From Nitrospirota bacterium (GTDB taxonomy: Bacteria > Nitrospirota > UBA9217), in NCBI GenBank assembly GCA_963749655.1, contig CAVVOB010000012.1:128001-192000 (forward strand): a DNA stretch of 64,000 nt, written 5' to 3'. Below are positions 40,635 through 51,135 of the stretch, in pieces. The notes below the pieces were generated by a model. The model searched no databases and had not been told where the DNA came from. It saw only the letters and a list, made by a program, of their open reading frames with translations. Made by a program: the position numbers and the translations under genes. Numbering within the stretch: the first letter of the stretch is position 1; each line of letters begins with the position of its first letter.

Positions 40635-41936
40635 ATGAAGCAGGTCTTAGGAGCTTTTCTTCTCATGGCACTCTTCGGAACGCCGGTGCAGGCAGCGGAT
40701 GAGCAGGCGAAGAGATCGGACGGCCCTTTTTCCTATACGATCAACACGCTGTTTTTCGGCACAATGCAGGACCCCGCGCACTCGACCCAGAACCCGGACA
40801 ACGCTTTTCTGGACCTCTCCCGTTATTCCGGCGAGATCGACGTGAGGCCCGATTTCTACTATGACGGAGCGAACGTCAGCGCTCTGTTCAAACCGAGATT
40901 CACCTCAGCGCAGGAATTGTGGCAGGACGGCATTTCGAGGTGGAAAACCGATGCCCCGTCAAGGGCCTTTGTGAACGAATGGCGCATCCAGGCTTCGCCG
41001 GCATCTTCGCTCTTCATTTCCTTTGGCAAGGAAAAGCTGCTCTGGGGTCCGTCCTTTCTGGCAAGCCCCTCCAACATCCTGTTCAAGGACACGGAGAAGG
41101 TCAATCCCAAGGCCGAGGTCGAAGGCAAGTACCTGGCAAAGGCGATCTATGCGCCGGGTACAGCCCTGACGATCAACGTGATCGCAGAGACTCAAAACGA
41201 CGAGAACGATCGAGGCGAAACGCTCAAACCGGCCCAGGCAGTCAAGGCTGACCTCATGGGAGGCAATTATCTCGTGAGCCTCATCGGATATCATCGTCAG
41301 GACGACCGCTTCCGGATGGGCAGCTTCGGTCAGTGGACCGCATCGGATGCACTGGTCCTCTACTACGACGGGATCGTCACAAAGGGATCGGATGCGCTGT
41401 ATCCCGTCGAGGACCCATCCCAGCCGGTGGGCGGAACTTTCTCCGCAAAATATGACGATGCCTCAAGGCTGTTTCCCACGGTGACAGCGGGGGGCTCGTA
41501 TACCTTTCTGGGGGGATCGACCCTCAGCATGGAGTTTCTGTACAACGGACCGGGGTATGACGACGCTGAAGCTGCTGCATATTACAAGCTCAGACAGAGC
41601 GCCAGGGACCATTTTTTCGATGCAGGGCCATTGTCGGGCCTGTCGAAGCAGACCCTCGGCGAGTCATTCGGCACGGGGCTGGCCTTTTTGCGCAGGTACT
41701 ATCTCATGGGCCAATATCATGTTCCTGAGATCGGCAACGTACTGGATGTCATCGTGAGATATACCCGCGGCCTCGAAGAAGGGGCAGGGCAGGTGTCCTC
41801 CATCATCGAATGGCGGGTGTCGGACCGCGTCAGCCTGTTCAACGTCAACATGGCGGGTCTTGACCGGGGTAAAGAAAAAGAATTCAATTCACTTCTGAAC
41901 GACAGTTTCCAGGTGGGGGTCGAGGTGCATTTCTAG
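40635..41936 (+). CDS. hypothetical outer membrane beta-barrel protein
   Basis: Signal peptide, GKEKLLWGPS..SPSN, C-terminal VEVHF. Confidence 0.75.
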   Translation: MKQVLGAFLLMALFGTPVQAADEQAKRSDGPFSYTINTLFFGTMQDPAHSTQNPDNAFLDLSRYSGEIDVRPDFYYDGANVSALFKPRFTSAQELWQDGISRWKTDAPSRAFVNEWRIQASPASSLFISFGKEKLLWGPSFLASPSNILFKDTEKVNPKAEVEGKYLAKAIYAPGTALTINVIAETQNDENDRGETLKPAQAVKADLMGGNYLVSLIGYHRQDDRFRMGSFGQWTASDALVLYYDGIVTKGSDALYPVEDPSQPVGGTFSAKYDDASRLFPTVTAGGSYTFLGGSTLSMEFLYNGPGYDDAEAAAYYKLRQSARDHFFDAGPLSGLSKQTLGESFGTGLAFLRRYYLMGQYHVPEIGNVLDVIVRYTRGLEEGAGQVSSIIEWRVSDRVSLFNVNMAGLDRGKEKEFNSLLNDSFQVGVEVHF

Positions 41937-41962
41937 GAGACTGGATCAAAACCGGAGTTTCT

Positions 41963-42034
41963 CGCAGGCTAAAGCCTGCGGCTGCCAATTCGGATTCTAT
42001 CAATGCATTCTGTAGCCGCACCCTTCAGGGTGCG
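41963..42034. repeat. REP doublet (GTAG family)
   Basis: cgcaggctaaagcctgcggct / gtagccgcacccttcagggtgcg. Confidence 0.65.
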
Positions 42035-42153
42035 CTGTAGCTGATCGACCTCTTTTGCGTTCCTTTTCTCTGTATCGCAATTCTTCTTGACCATTATCGT
42101 CGGCGTGGTATCATGGGGACTCTGGCGGTCTGAAAATCAGCAGGAGGAACATC

Positions 42154-42787
42154 ATGAAACCCGAGAGCCGTACCGATTTCGACAAGCTGGCGGCGCAGTG
42201 GGACCAGAACCCGGTGCCGGTCAGGATCGCGCGCAGCGTGGGCGATGCGATCGTCCGCGAAGTCAACCCCGCTTCGCGCCTATGGACGCCGTCGACTTCG
42301 GCTGCGGCACAGGCCTTGTCACGATGCGGATCCAACCGCTGGTCAGGACGATCACCGGCGTGGACAGTTCGCAGGGAATGCTCGACAAGCTTCAGGACAA
42401 GTTCAAGCAGGCCGCTGTCACGAACGGCCGCACCCAACTCGTGGATTTCGAAAAAGGCCAGCGGGTGCAGGGCGCCTACGACCTCGTGGTAAGCAGCATG
42501 ACGCTGCATCACGTCCGGGACACGGAAGCGGTGATCCGGCACTGGTACGAACTGATCCGTCCGACGGGCACTCTTGCCTTTGCCGACCTCGACAGCGAGG
42601 ACGGGTCGTTCCACAGCGATAATACCGGCGTGTTCCACAGCGGTTTCGATCGGAAGACGCTTATAGAAGTTCTCGCACAGATCGGGTTCCGCGATGTTCG
42701 CGATGCGACCGCTGCCTCAATCACGAAAGATGTCGAGGGCCGGGGGACGCGTGAATACACCGTGTTCCTGATCACGGCGGAAAATAA
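42154..42787 (+). CDS. class I SAM methyltransferase with apparent frameshifts (about 42270 and at the stop codon)
   Basis: FDKLAAQWD start after AGGAGG; DFGCGTG, SSMTLHHV and DLDSEDGSFH lie in another frame. Confidence 0.8.
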
Positions 42788-42797
42788 TCTCCTCTTT

Positions 42798-43894
42798 ATG
42801 ACGGATATATCCGCAACTCCCGAAACCATCATTTCCCAATTCACTATCCCTGGCACGCTCGTCAAAACCGGACGCTACGGTTCCGGTCTGATCAACGACA
42901 CCTATCTCTGCGAGTTCAATGACAACCCTGCGCGCAGATACATCCTTCAGCGCATCAATACTTCGGTGTTCAAACATCCCGAAGAGGTCATGGAAAACGT
43001 GCAGATCGTGACGTCTCATATCATCGACCGATTGCGGAGCGAGGGAGTCGCCGATCCTTTTGCTGTAACACCCGCGCTCATCACCACGCGGGCCGCCGGT
43101 CGTACTTTCGCGACAAGGACGGGTCCTACTGGCGGATGTATCATTACCTCGAGAACGGCATGGTCCGCGACACGGTCCTTGATGAGCGCCACGCCTCCGA
43201 AGTGGGAAGAGGGCTCGGCAGGTTTCAGGCTCTTGTTGCCGACCTTTCACCCGAACGGCTGCACGATACGCTGCCGGGGTTCCACCACACGCAGCGATAT
43301 CTCGCTGAGTATGACGAGGCGCTGAAGGCCGATGCGCTGCATCGCGCGGGCTCAGTGATTGCGGAGCGTGAGTTCGTGGAAGAGCGGCGGCCGCTGGCAG
43401 CGGCGTTAACCGCAGTCATGGAATCGGGCGTGGTTCCCATCCGGATCGTGCATAACGACCCGAAGGTGAACAACATCATGGTGCGCATCGACACGGGCGA
43501 AGCACTATGCATGCTTGACCTCGATACGGTAAAGCCCGGGATCGTGCACTTCGATTTCGGCGACTGCGTCCGCTCCGCCGCGAACCCCGCGGGCGAGGAC
43601 GCTCCCGATCTTGACCGCGTTGTGTTCGACCTTTCGCTTTTTAAGGCCATCACGCGCGGTTATCTGAGGGAGGCGGCTGCTTTTCTTACCAAGAAGGAGA
43701 TCGAGCTGCTTCCGCTCTCCGTGAAGGTGATTACCTTCGAGCTGGGAATCCGCTTTCTTGCCGATTATCTGCGGGGTGACACCTACTTCAAAACGCGCTA
43801 TCCCGAGCACAACCTGCACCGCAGCCGGGTTCAGTTCAAGCTCCTCGCGGGCATTGAACGATCCGTCGACACCGCCGCTTCCTCCATTCCTTAA
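42798..43894 (+). CDS. aminoglycoside phosphotransferase family kinase (N-acetylhexosamine 1-kinase-like), frameshift near 43100
   Basis: GSGLINDTY, YILQRIN, HNDPKVNN, DLDTVKPG and DFGDCVRS. Confidence 0.85.
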
Positions 43895-43961
43895 TGCATA
43901 TCCGCATTCTTTGTGCTATAGTTGATCCATTGAAAATCAACTTTCCTGCAAGGAGGCTGTC

Positions 43962-44258
43962 ATGAAAAAAGTGAAATTGTTCGTTGCAGTGTTGATCACG
44001 ATGGTGCTGGTGAGCGGGTGTCTCTATACTCATGTACTGACGCCCTACGACACGAATCTCGACAAGACCGTAATGGGGCAGAAAACCGGGCGGTCCACCA
44101 TGCGTTCGATTCTCTGGCTTGTTGCGTGGGGTGATGCCAGCTCCGAGGCGGCGGCAAAACAAGCGGGAATCACTACCATGAACCATATGGACCTTGAAAT
44201 CCTGAATGTCGTGTTCGGCATTTACACCGAGACGACCACGATTGTGTACGGCGACTGA
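43962..44258 (+). CDS. TRL-like family lipoprotein
   Basis: VSGC lipobox, SILWLVAWGDAS..AAKQAGIT..TIVYGD. Confidence 0.8.
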   Translation: MKKVKLFVAVLITMVLVSGCLYTHVLTPYDTNLDKTVMGQKTGRSTMRSILWLVAWGDASSEAAAKQAGITTMNHMDLEILNVVFGIYTETTTIVYGD

Positions 44259-44270
44259 GGGAGGCGATCC

Positions 44271-44588
44271 ATGAGAACGAAAAGCCTGGCGCTGGCTGTG
44301 CTCGCGGCGATGCTCGTCGCGGGATGCAGCCAGGGCATCATCTACACCCACACGTTCCAGCCCCTGACCAAGGACTTTCACCGGACCCCTGTTTCCGCGG
44401 TCGGCCAGGAGGGAGACATCAAGCACCTCCAGATCCCGTTCACTCCAATCGGCATTGCGTGGGACAGCGCGGCGATCGGGGACATTGCAAAGAAGCATGG
44501 GATGAGCGAGGTCTATTTCGCCGATCTCGAAATAAAAAGAATCCTTATGGTATGGAACCGCTACACGGTCCACGTGTACGGGAAGTAA
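44271..44588 (+). CDS. TRL-like family lipoprotein (divergent paralogue)
   Basis: VAGC lipobox, GIIYTHT..IAKKHGM..VHVYGK. Confidence 0.75.
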   Translation: MRTKSLALAVLAAMLVAGCSQGIIYTHTFQPLTKDFHRTPVSAVGQEGDIKHLQIPFTPIGIAWDSAAIGDIAKKHGMSEVYFADLEIKRILMVWNRYTVHVYGK

Positions 44589-44595
44589 ACCGAAC

Positions 44596-45084
44596 CTATT
44601 TTACAGCTTTGATCATGACGTAGTCATCCATGACAAAGCCGCCGCCGATGTCCTGGACCACAGGGCCTGCGATCGTGAAGCCGAACCGTTCGTAGGCCCT
44701 GATGGAGTTCCTGTTGTTTTTGTTCACGGTCAGCCTGATCCTGCCCAGCCCCTGTTCTCTTGCCAGGGCTTCGGCGAACTGGAGTGCTCTTCTGCCGTAG
44801 CCTTTCCCCCGCAGAGACAATCGTACATAGATCTTGCTCAGGAACAGCTCGCCTCCCTTTGGCTGGACAGCCAGATAACCGATATCAGCGTCAGCTTTTC
44901 GGACCAGGAAGTAGAGAACACCGGTCCTGATCTGCTCTGCGATGGCCTGGCGTGACTGGAACCGGTCGAGCATATACTCCACCTGCGCTTTGCCGATCAG
45001 GGGAGTGTAATACTCGGACCAGATCTCCCGTGCCAGCGTCTCCACCCGCCCGATTTCATCGTCCTTTACAACAGGAATAAACAT
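44596..45084 (-). CDS. GNAT family acetyltransferase
   Basis: LSKIYV..RGKGYG, LTVNKNN..AYERFGF and DIGGGFVMDDYVM. Confidence 0.9.
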   Translation of the reverse strand: MFIPVVKDDEIGRVETLAREIWSEYYTPLIGKAQVEYMLDRFQSRQAIAEQIRTGVLYFLVRKADADIGYLAVQPKGGELFLSKIYVRLSLRGKGYGRRALQFAEALAREQGLGRIRLTVNKNNRNSIRAYERFGFTIAGPVVQDIGGGFVMDDYVMIKAVK

Positions 45085-45266
45085 TGTGTCGCTTCCCCGC
45101 TCTTACTGACAGTCGTCACTAAGAAACAGGTAACCACGGATTAACACGGATAAACACGGATTTGGAAAAGTATGTTTGATTTTTATCTGTGTCCATCTGT
45201 GTTCATCAGTGGTTACTATGGATTTGTATTTAGTTTTGAACCATGTTCATCCGTGGTCACAATGCC

Positions 45267-46064
45267 TTAGTGCTCTTTTTTGAAATACCATGCCCCTACG
45301 GTCAGCTCTCGGGACAGGAATGTCCTGCCCTCTTTGTCCGGCGCGATGTTCCAGGTCCAGGAAGTATCGGGCTCCGGAAGGCGCAGGCTGTAAACGGTTG
45401 ATCCGCTGCTGACGACCGCACCCTCACGGTCACGTTTCGCAAAGGCGTGATCAGCCACGAGACAGACCGCGCAGGGCAGCGAGCTCAGGAACGCATAATG
45501 CGATTCCACGATCTGTGCGCACCAGGAGTCGACCTGCTCCTCGTCGAGGCCGGCGATATTCCTGAGCGCAAAGGCCCGCGGCATGACCCAGAGCTGGGAA
45601 AGGAGATTCAGGGACACAACCATGCTCATTGCATCGCTCTCGGGATTTCGGGGCGAGGCCTGCGGAAGAACGCGGACTCCTGCGCGGACACCGGCATACA
45701 GTTTTTCCGACATGCCGGTTGCGTCATGCTGGAGAAGTCTTACGTTGCTGAAGCGCTTTGTCCTGCGCCGGACCTCGGGAAGGAATACGATGTCTGCAAG
45801 AACCACTTCCTTGAACAGAGCGGCAAGTTCCTCGAGCGGCACGTCCAGGAGGAGGCCCGCGCCAAGGACGACGACCCTGTGCCGCTCCGGGCATTGTTCA
45901 GCGCAGGACAGAATGAACCGGCGCGATTGTTCGAGATGGGATTGCCAGGCCGCGCTGTTGAGGCGGTATCTGCCTTTCATGGCGACTGCTTCCCGGAGAT
46001 AGTCCATGTGCCGGACGTACTGCGGTATCGGTGTGATCAAAGAAGTGAGCAGCTCCTGAAGCAT
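45267..46064 (-). CDS. hypothetical protein with a Rossmann/methyltransferase-like core
   Basis: VLGAGLLLDVP, LADIV and VVSLNLLSQL. Confidence 0.7.
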   Translation of the reverse strand: MLQELLTSLITPIPQYVRHMDYLREAVAMKGRYRLNSAAWQSHLEQSRRFILSCAEQCPERHRVVVLGAGLLLDVPLEELAALFKEVVLADIVFLPEVRRRTKRFSNVRLLQHDATGMSEKLYAGVRAGVRVLPQASPRNPESDAMSMVVSLNLLSQLWVMPRAFALRNIAGLDEEQVDSWCAQIVESHYAFLSSLPCAVCLVADHAFAKRDREGAVVSSGSTVYSLRLPEPDTSWTWNIAPDKEGRTFLSRELTVGAWYFKKEH

Positions 46065-46164
46065 GGGAAATGATAGAATTTTTTAAATAATTATGCAACG
46101 GAAATTCAAGGGAGCAATGAAGAGCATGGAGTGGACAAGCGGGCAGGATGCGGAGGTTCGAACT

Positions 46165-46198
46165 AAAAAGAAAGCCCCCGACAAATATATGCGGGGGC
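46165..46198 (-). terminator. intrinsic terminator
   Basis: gcccccg..cgggggc followed by tttcttttt on the minus strand. Confidence 0.65.
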
Positions 46199-46242
46199 AC
46201 TCAGGCCCGCGGAGCATATGAGGTCTTTTCCGGCAGATACGT

Positions 46243-46686
46243 TCACTCCGGGTCGGCAGGCGCTCTTTCTTGCCTTGATTGGGCGTAGAGAGCGCCGATC
46301 ATGGCGACCAGCATGGACAGGGGGATGAAGACCACGAAGGAAGCGAGAACGCCGCCGAAGGCCGCAAGACCCAAACCATCGGGTTTGAACACATAGTTGA
46401 GCAGAAAAATGCCGCCTTTCAGGACCACGTGATCGATGAAATAAAGAAAAACTCCGACCGCCGCGGCATACCATCTGTTGCCGAGCCGCTTTTTCGCTAC
46501 CAGCCACCCGCCGTAGAAGATGATGCCGATCCTGCCGAGGTTGTAGAAGGTGTTGCCTATGGTGTGGGGCAGGAACACGAAGATCGAGTTCACGAGAAAG
46601 AAGTTGACCACGATGAAGAAGGCCGGTTTGCGGATTACGGCCCAGAGTTTTTTCCAGGGGATACTGTTCGGATTTTCCGGTGTCAT
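46243..46686 (-). CDS. hypothetical four-TM membrane protein
   Basis: GGAGG RBS, hydrophobic segments. Confidence 0.65.
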   Translation of the reverse strand: MTPENPNSIPWKKLWAVIRKPAFFIVVNFFLVNSIFVFLPHTIGNTFYNLGRIGIIFYGGWLVAKKRLGNRWYAAAVGVFLYFIDHVVLKGGIFLLNYVFKPDGLGLAAFGGVLASFVVFIPLSMLVAMIGALYAQSRQERAPADPE

Positions 46687-46901
46687 AATGGGATGTGTTC
46701 CTCCCTTCGCCTTGGCTGTTTTTTACGCATGTGTCCGTCTGTATTGATCATGCCGGTTCTTGACCTGAGTAGTATACTTAAAGTAGAAGTACGGTATTCG
46801 TATTTCGACGCTGTGGTACTTTTGAAGTATATTGAGCATCACTGAAATGTCCGTGCGGTCGTAGGATCTTCCCGCAGTCGGCTGCACGCAGAAGGAGCAT
46901 T

Positions 46902-47411
46902 ATGAAGCTGAAATCTTTCTGGTCCCCCTATGCAGCGGGAATCGTTCTCGGCCTGACCCTGCTGGCGGTTTTCTTCGTAATGGGCCGGGGACTCGGCGCA
47001 TCAGGCGCCTTTTCCCTCATGACCGGCGTCGGGTTGCACGCTGTTGCGCCGGGCTATGCAGGCAGTCTGAAATATTTTTCCCAGTACCTTGATTCTCCTT
47101 CGCCGCTTCTGAACTGGAACCTCTTCCTGCTCGGCGGCGTTTTCCTCGGCGCGCTGTCCGGCGCCCTTCTTTCGCGGAACTTCGGCCTGAAATTCGACCG
47201 GGGCGCTTCGATGAGCATCGGCAAGCGTTTCCTGACGGCGCTCTCGGGCGGCCTCATAATGGGATTCGCCGCGCGGCTGGCGCGGGGCTGCACGAGCGGA
47301 ATCGCCCTGACCGGCGGCGCCCAGCTGGCCTTGTCGGGATGGATCTTCGTCATCGCGATGTTCGCGGCGGGCTTTTTGTTCGCCGCGCTGTTCAGGAGGC
47401 TCTGGTCATGA
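46902..47411 (+). CDS. YeeE/YedE sulfur transport family, half-size subunit 1
   Basis: WSPYAAG, GLGASG and GFAARLARGCTSG. Confidence 0.9.
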   Translation: MKLKSFWSPYAAGIVLGLTLLAVFFVMGRGLGASGAFSLMTGVGLHAVAPGYAGSLKYFSQYLDSPSPLLNWNLFLLGGVFLGALSGALLSRNFGLKFDRGASMSIGKRFLTALSGGLIMGFAARLARGCTSGIALTGGAQLALSGWIFVIAMFAAGFLFAALFRRLWS

Positions 47412-47983
47412 CTGCTCCCTTTGAATTCAGCGACACGGCCGCACTTGCGCTCGCCGTTCTGTTCGGCTTCTTCTTCGGCCTCTCCCTCGAACGGGGCGGG
47501 CTCGGAAATCCCCATATCCTGACCGGGGTGTTTTACTTCAGGGATTTCACGGTCCCCAAGGTGATGTTCACGGCGATCCTCGTCGCCGCCGTCGGCCTCT
47601 ATCTGCTTTCCGATATCGGCCTGCTGGACATTGCCAGGGTCTGGATCATTCCGACCTTTTTCTGGCCGCAGCTCGCGGGCGGGGCTTTGTTCGGGCTCGG
47701 CTACCTCATCAGCGGCTACTGTCCGGGCACGGGAGTGGCTGGGCTTGCTTCGGGCAGGCTCGACGCGCTCGTTATGATGATCGGCCTTGCAGCCGGTTCA
47801 CTGCTCTTTGCAGTGCTCTTTCCCGCGCTCGAAAGCTTTTATCTCTCCTCAAATATGGGGTCGACGACGCTCGCAAAGCTCGTTGGGCTCAATCACTGGG
47901 TCATTCTCGCCGTCATCGCTGCGCTGGCCGGAGGAATGTTCGTTCTGTTGAACCGGTACGAGAACAAACATCTCAAGTCCTGA
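47408..47983 (+). CDS. YeeE/YedE sulfur transport family, half-size subunit 2
   Basis: ATGA overlap; FGLSLERGG, DFTVPKVMF and GYCPGT. Confidence 0.9.
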   Translation: MTAPFEFSDTAALALAVLFGFFFGLSLERGGLGNPHILTGVFYFRDFTVPKVMFTAILVAAVGLYLLSDIGLLDIARVWIIPTFFWPQLAGGALFGLGYLISGYCPGTGVAGLASGRLDALVMMIGLAAGSLLFAVLFPALESFYLSSNMGSTTLAKLVGLNHWVILAVIAALAGGMFVLLNRYENKHLKS

Positions 47984-47989
47984 CAGCGT

Positions 47990-49447
47990 TCATCGGGTCG
48001 CGGACAGGGGCTTCGTGTTTCTGTTGAAGAGCCCGGACCTGAGCACCAGCCAGAAGAGGCTTCTCGCGCTTTTGAGTGCGACCTTCACATCGCTTATCGA
48101 GTGGAGGTCCAGCAGTTTTCTGACCATGAAGGACGGCCGGAGATAGAATTTCCGGAAGGCGATCTGGCGAAGCTTCTGGATGTCTTCCCGGGTCATTGTC
48201 CTGGGGATGAAGGCGGCGCCCTGATAGGTGTAATCAGAAAGGTCGCTGGAAATTGTGCCGTAGCGCTCCAGGTTGTCGTAGAGATAGGTCCCGGGAAAGG
48301 GCGTAATGGCGTGAAAATTCGCCATGTCCGGGTTCAACCGGACGGCGAATTCTATCGTTTCGAGGCCTTCCTCGAAGGTTTCTCCCGGAATGCCGAACAT
48401 GAAGGGCGTGCTTACCTTGAGGCCCACACTCTGGGCCGCCCGCACAGCAGACCTGATCTGCTCCGGCGTCGTTCCTTTTCTGATCGTGTCCAGGTTCTTC
48501 TGGACTCCGCTTTCGGCACCGAAAAGAACAGCCCAGCATCCGGCATCCCGAAAAGCCTGGAGCAGCGGCCGGTCTACCTGATTGACGCAGGCCGAGGCGA
48601 ACCAGGTGATCGGAAGGCGGCGTTTTTTCATCTCGCCTGCGATCTGCATGGCCCTGTTGTAATCCGCCGCAAAGGTGTCGTCCAGGAATTTTATCTCACG
48701 GTAGCCCTGCCGGACCAGGAGTTCCACTTCCTGCATTACGTTTTCCACGCTCCGGTAGCGGATCCCGCTCTTTCGGTCCTTGTCCATCTGGAAACAGTAG
48801 ATGCAATGCCGGTTGCAGCCCCGCGACGTGATCATCACGGCCACCGGCTTTTGCCGGTACGTGCCCGGGGGAGGGACGTACCGTTCGGCATCGCCCAGCA
48901 GGTCCCGCGCTGGAAAGGGAAGGGAGTCGAGATCGGTGATCAGCGGTCGCGGCGGGTTGGCAATGATCCGCGCTCCCTGCCGGAACACGACGCCGGGAAC
49001 GCCGTGAAGATCTCCTCCCGATTCAAGCCGGCTGATCATCTCGAGCGCCGTCTGCTCGCCCTCGCCCGTAACAACGGCGTCGACGGCAAGGCCTGCCTCC
49101 AGGAGGCTGCGCTCCCGGACCGCTATGGGATAAGGACCGCCTGCGCAGATGAAGCATTCGGAAATCAGCTTCTTGAGGTCCGCTGCCGTCCTTTTCGCCT
49201 TGTTCCAGCCGAAGGTGGTTGAATAGATGCCGATGAAGCGCGGGCCGAATTCCACGATCCTCGCGAGGACCTGCTCGTGGGTCAGAAATGCGCCGTTGAT
49301 GAACCGGACGTCGTGTCCGGCGTTTCTGAGAAAGGCGGCCACGGACAGGGTGCCGACAGGCTGCCAGTAGTTGATCTGTGAGCTTGCGGTCTTCGAGGAA
49401 AAAATTTCTTCAGGGACCCAGGAGGGTATGACGAGTAGGCATTTCAT
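47990..49447 (-). CDS. B12-binding radical SAM protein
   Basis: AGGPY, GEGE, TSRGCNRHCIYC, FGAESG and FPGT. Confidence 0.92.
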   Translation of the reverse strand: MKCLLVIPSWVPEEIFSSKTASSQINYWQPVGTLSVAAFLRNAGHDVRFINGAFLTHEQVLARIVEFGPRFIGIYSTTFGWNKAKRTAADLKKLISECFICAGGPYPIAVRERSLLEAGLAVDAVVTGEGEQTALEMISRLESGGDLHGVPGVVFRQGARIIANPPRPLITDLDSLPFPARDLLGDAERYVPPPGTYRQKPVAVMITSRGCNRHCIYCFQMDKDRKSGIRYRSVENVMQEVELLVRQGYREIKFLDDTFAADYNRAMQIAGEMKKRRLPITWFASACVNQVDRPLLQAFRDAGCWAVLFGAESGVQKNLDTIRKGTTPEQIRSAVRAAQSVGLKVSTPFMFGIPGETFEEGLETIEFAVRLNPDMANFHAITPFPGTYLYDNLERYGTISSDLSDYTYQGAAFIPRTMTREDIQKLRQIAFRKFYLRPSFMVRKLLDLHSISDVKVALKSARSLFWLVLRSGLFNRNTKPLSATR

Positions 49448-49451
49448 AGGC

Positions 49452-50864
49452 TCAATCGGCGTTTGCGAAGGCCAGGTCATCAACGGTCAAGGCCGCGGCA
49501 CGCCTCTTTTCAATGAGCCGTTCCGCTGTTTCGATGCCCGACCGGATCGCGACGTCCATGTTGTAGTAACGGAACATCCCGCTTCTGCCCGCGATGTGGA
49601 GGTTGCGGAATTGTCGGAGATAGTCCTGGAGCACCTCGACATGCTTCAGATATCCGATCTCGAACAGCGGATAGGCCTTGGGGACCCGTACGACCACGGC
49701 GTCCAGCACTTCCTGCGGCTTGATGAAGCCGAGGGCAGCGAGGTTGTCTACGGTGATCCTGGTCAATCGGTCGTCGTGCATGTTCCAGATCGGGTCCCCC
49801 CTGAAGCTGAAGTATTCCGCGACCACCAGCGTTTTGCCCGGCGGCGCCATGGCAGGGCTCCAGTTCGTCGGCTCGTGGATCCTTCCAAAGGGGATTTTTT
49901 TTTCCGGGATATAGATCCAGGTCTGGTCCGTGACCCGTTCCCGGTCCACCATGACGGCGACGACGATGAGGTCCCGGAACTTGAGCCGGGCCGCAGCCTC
50001 GAGAACGGAGCGGGGTGGAACAGGATCGAGCATGGAAACGAGCCTCGTGATCGGAATGCTGGAAACGAACTCTTCCGCCTGCGCTGTATGCAAGCGGCCC
50101 CCGATGCGGGCCGTAATGCCGTCGATTTTGAAGTCCCTGTGGTTGACGCTCACGACCGCCGCATCGGTCAGAACGTCATTGGACTTTTCAATGTTTTCGC
50201 GGAGGACATCGGACAGCCGGCCGATCCCGAGGGACGGATAATCAAAGCTGTCCGTCAACGTGGCGAGTTTTCTGCCGCTGCTGCGGGAAAAGGCGTTCTT
50301 TACCGCTTTTGCCAGGGACAACCCGTTGATACGCTGCGCAACCCAGGATGCGCTGATCCTGCTGCAGTCTATGCCCCAGACCTTTTCGCTGTATTCCTTG
50401 AAGTAGATATTGAACATGGTCCTGCCGAACCGGGAGACCACCCAGTCCTCAAGCGAAAGGGTCGTTTGTTTGCGGACCAGTCGTTTGATCGTTTCCTGCG
50501 CGTAGTCGGCCACGATCGCTGTCGTGGTCAGAAGGCCGAGGCCGAACATGGCATTCAGGGGTTTGAGGGGATAATTGAAGTACTTGCCGCGCATGTAGAT
50601 TTTGCTGCTGCGCGGGACGGTCACGAGTTCGCTGCCCATCAGGCAGCGCACGAAGGAGTTTATCTTTTCGTCCTCCGTGAAGAACCGGTGACCGCCGAGA
50701 TCGAAGCGGAAGCCGTTTTTTTCGATGGTCCGGGACAGGCCTCCGACGAGGGAGTCGCGTTCGAACACGGTGAGCGAGAGCCCGGCCTTTGTCAAAACAT
50801 GGCCCGACGACAGGCCCGAGAGGCCGCCGCCCAGAATAATGGCATCTTTTGTTGAACTCTTCAC
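49452..50864 (-). CDS. FAD-dependent oxidoreductase (HemY / UDP-galactopyranose mutase-like)
   Basis: ILGGGLSGL, FDLGGHRFF, YSEKVWG and GRSGMFRYYNMD. Confidence 0.88.
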   Translation of the reverse strand: MKSSTKDAIILGGGLSGLSSGHVLTKAGLSLTVFERDSLVGGLSRTIEKNGFRFDLGGHRFFTEDEKINSFVRCLMGSELVTVPRSSKIYMRGKYFNYPLKPLNAMFGLGLLTTTAIVADYAQETIKRLVRKQTTLSLEDWVVSRFGRTMFNIYFKEYSEKVWGIDCSRISASWVAQRINGLSLAKAVKNAFSRSSGRKLATLTDSFDYPSLGIGRLSDVLRENIEKSNDVLTDAAVVSVNHRDFKIDGITARIGGRLHTAQAEEFVSSIPITRLVSMLDPVPPRSVLEAAARLKFRDLIVVAVMVDRERVTDQTWIYIPEKKIPFGRIHEPTNWSPAMAPPGKTLVVAEYFSFRGDPIWNMHDDRLTRITVDNLAALGFIKPQEVLDAVVVRVPKAYPLFEIGYLKHVEVLQDYLRQFRNLHIAGRSGMFRYYNMDVAIRSGIETAERLIEKRRAAALTVDDLAFANAD

Positions 50865-51135
50865 GGCGTCACCTGACAGGAACTTCCATAATAGATGAAG
50901 GAGATGATTTCGTGTCCCGTTTCAATTATGCTATGCGAAAAATGCGGCGAAGATCGAGCAACGGACTTCAGATGCAGGAGGATGTTCCTATCATGTTGTT
51001 GTTCATAATTGTTCCCGGGCATCCGGAGTTGTTTTGTCTGATCCGAATGCCCGGGAGTAAGCGCTGCCTGATATGGTACCGATTTCTTGTGGATCATTTC
51101 CCCGGCGACTTGTGCAGCAGCCGGGAAGCGCGAGC

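Noticed and set aside
42087-43325. Apparent methyltransferase-kinase fusion ORF
   Set aside because: One extra A in GAAAATAA (42780-42787) restores a stop, and both genes carry other frameshifts; most likely indel errors rather than a true fusion or programmed frameshift.
46902-47411. Selenocysteine read-through joining the two half-size YeeE genes
   Set aside because: The TGA overlaps the next ATG in a different frame, which is ordinary translational coupling.
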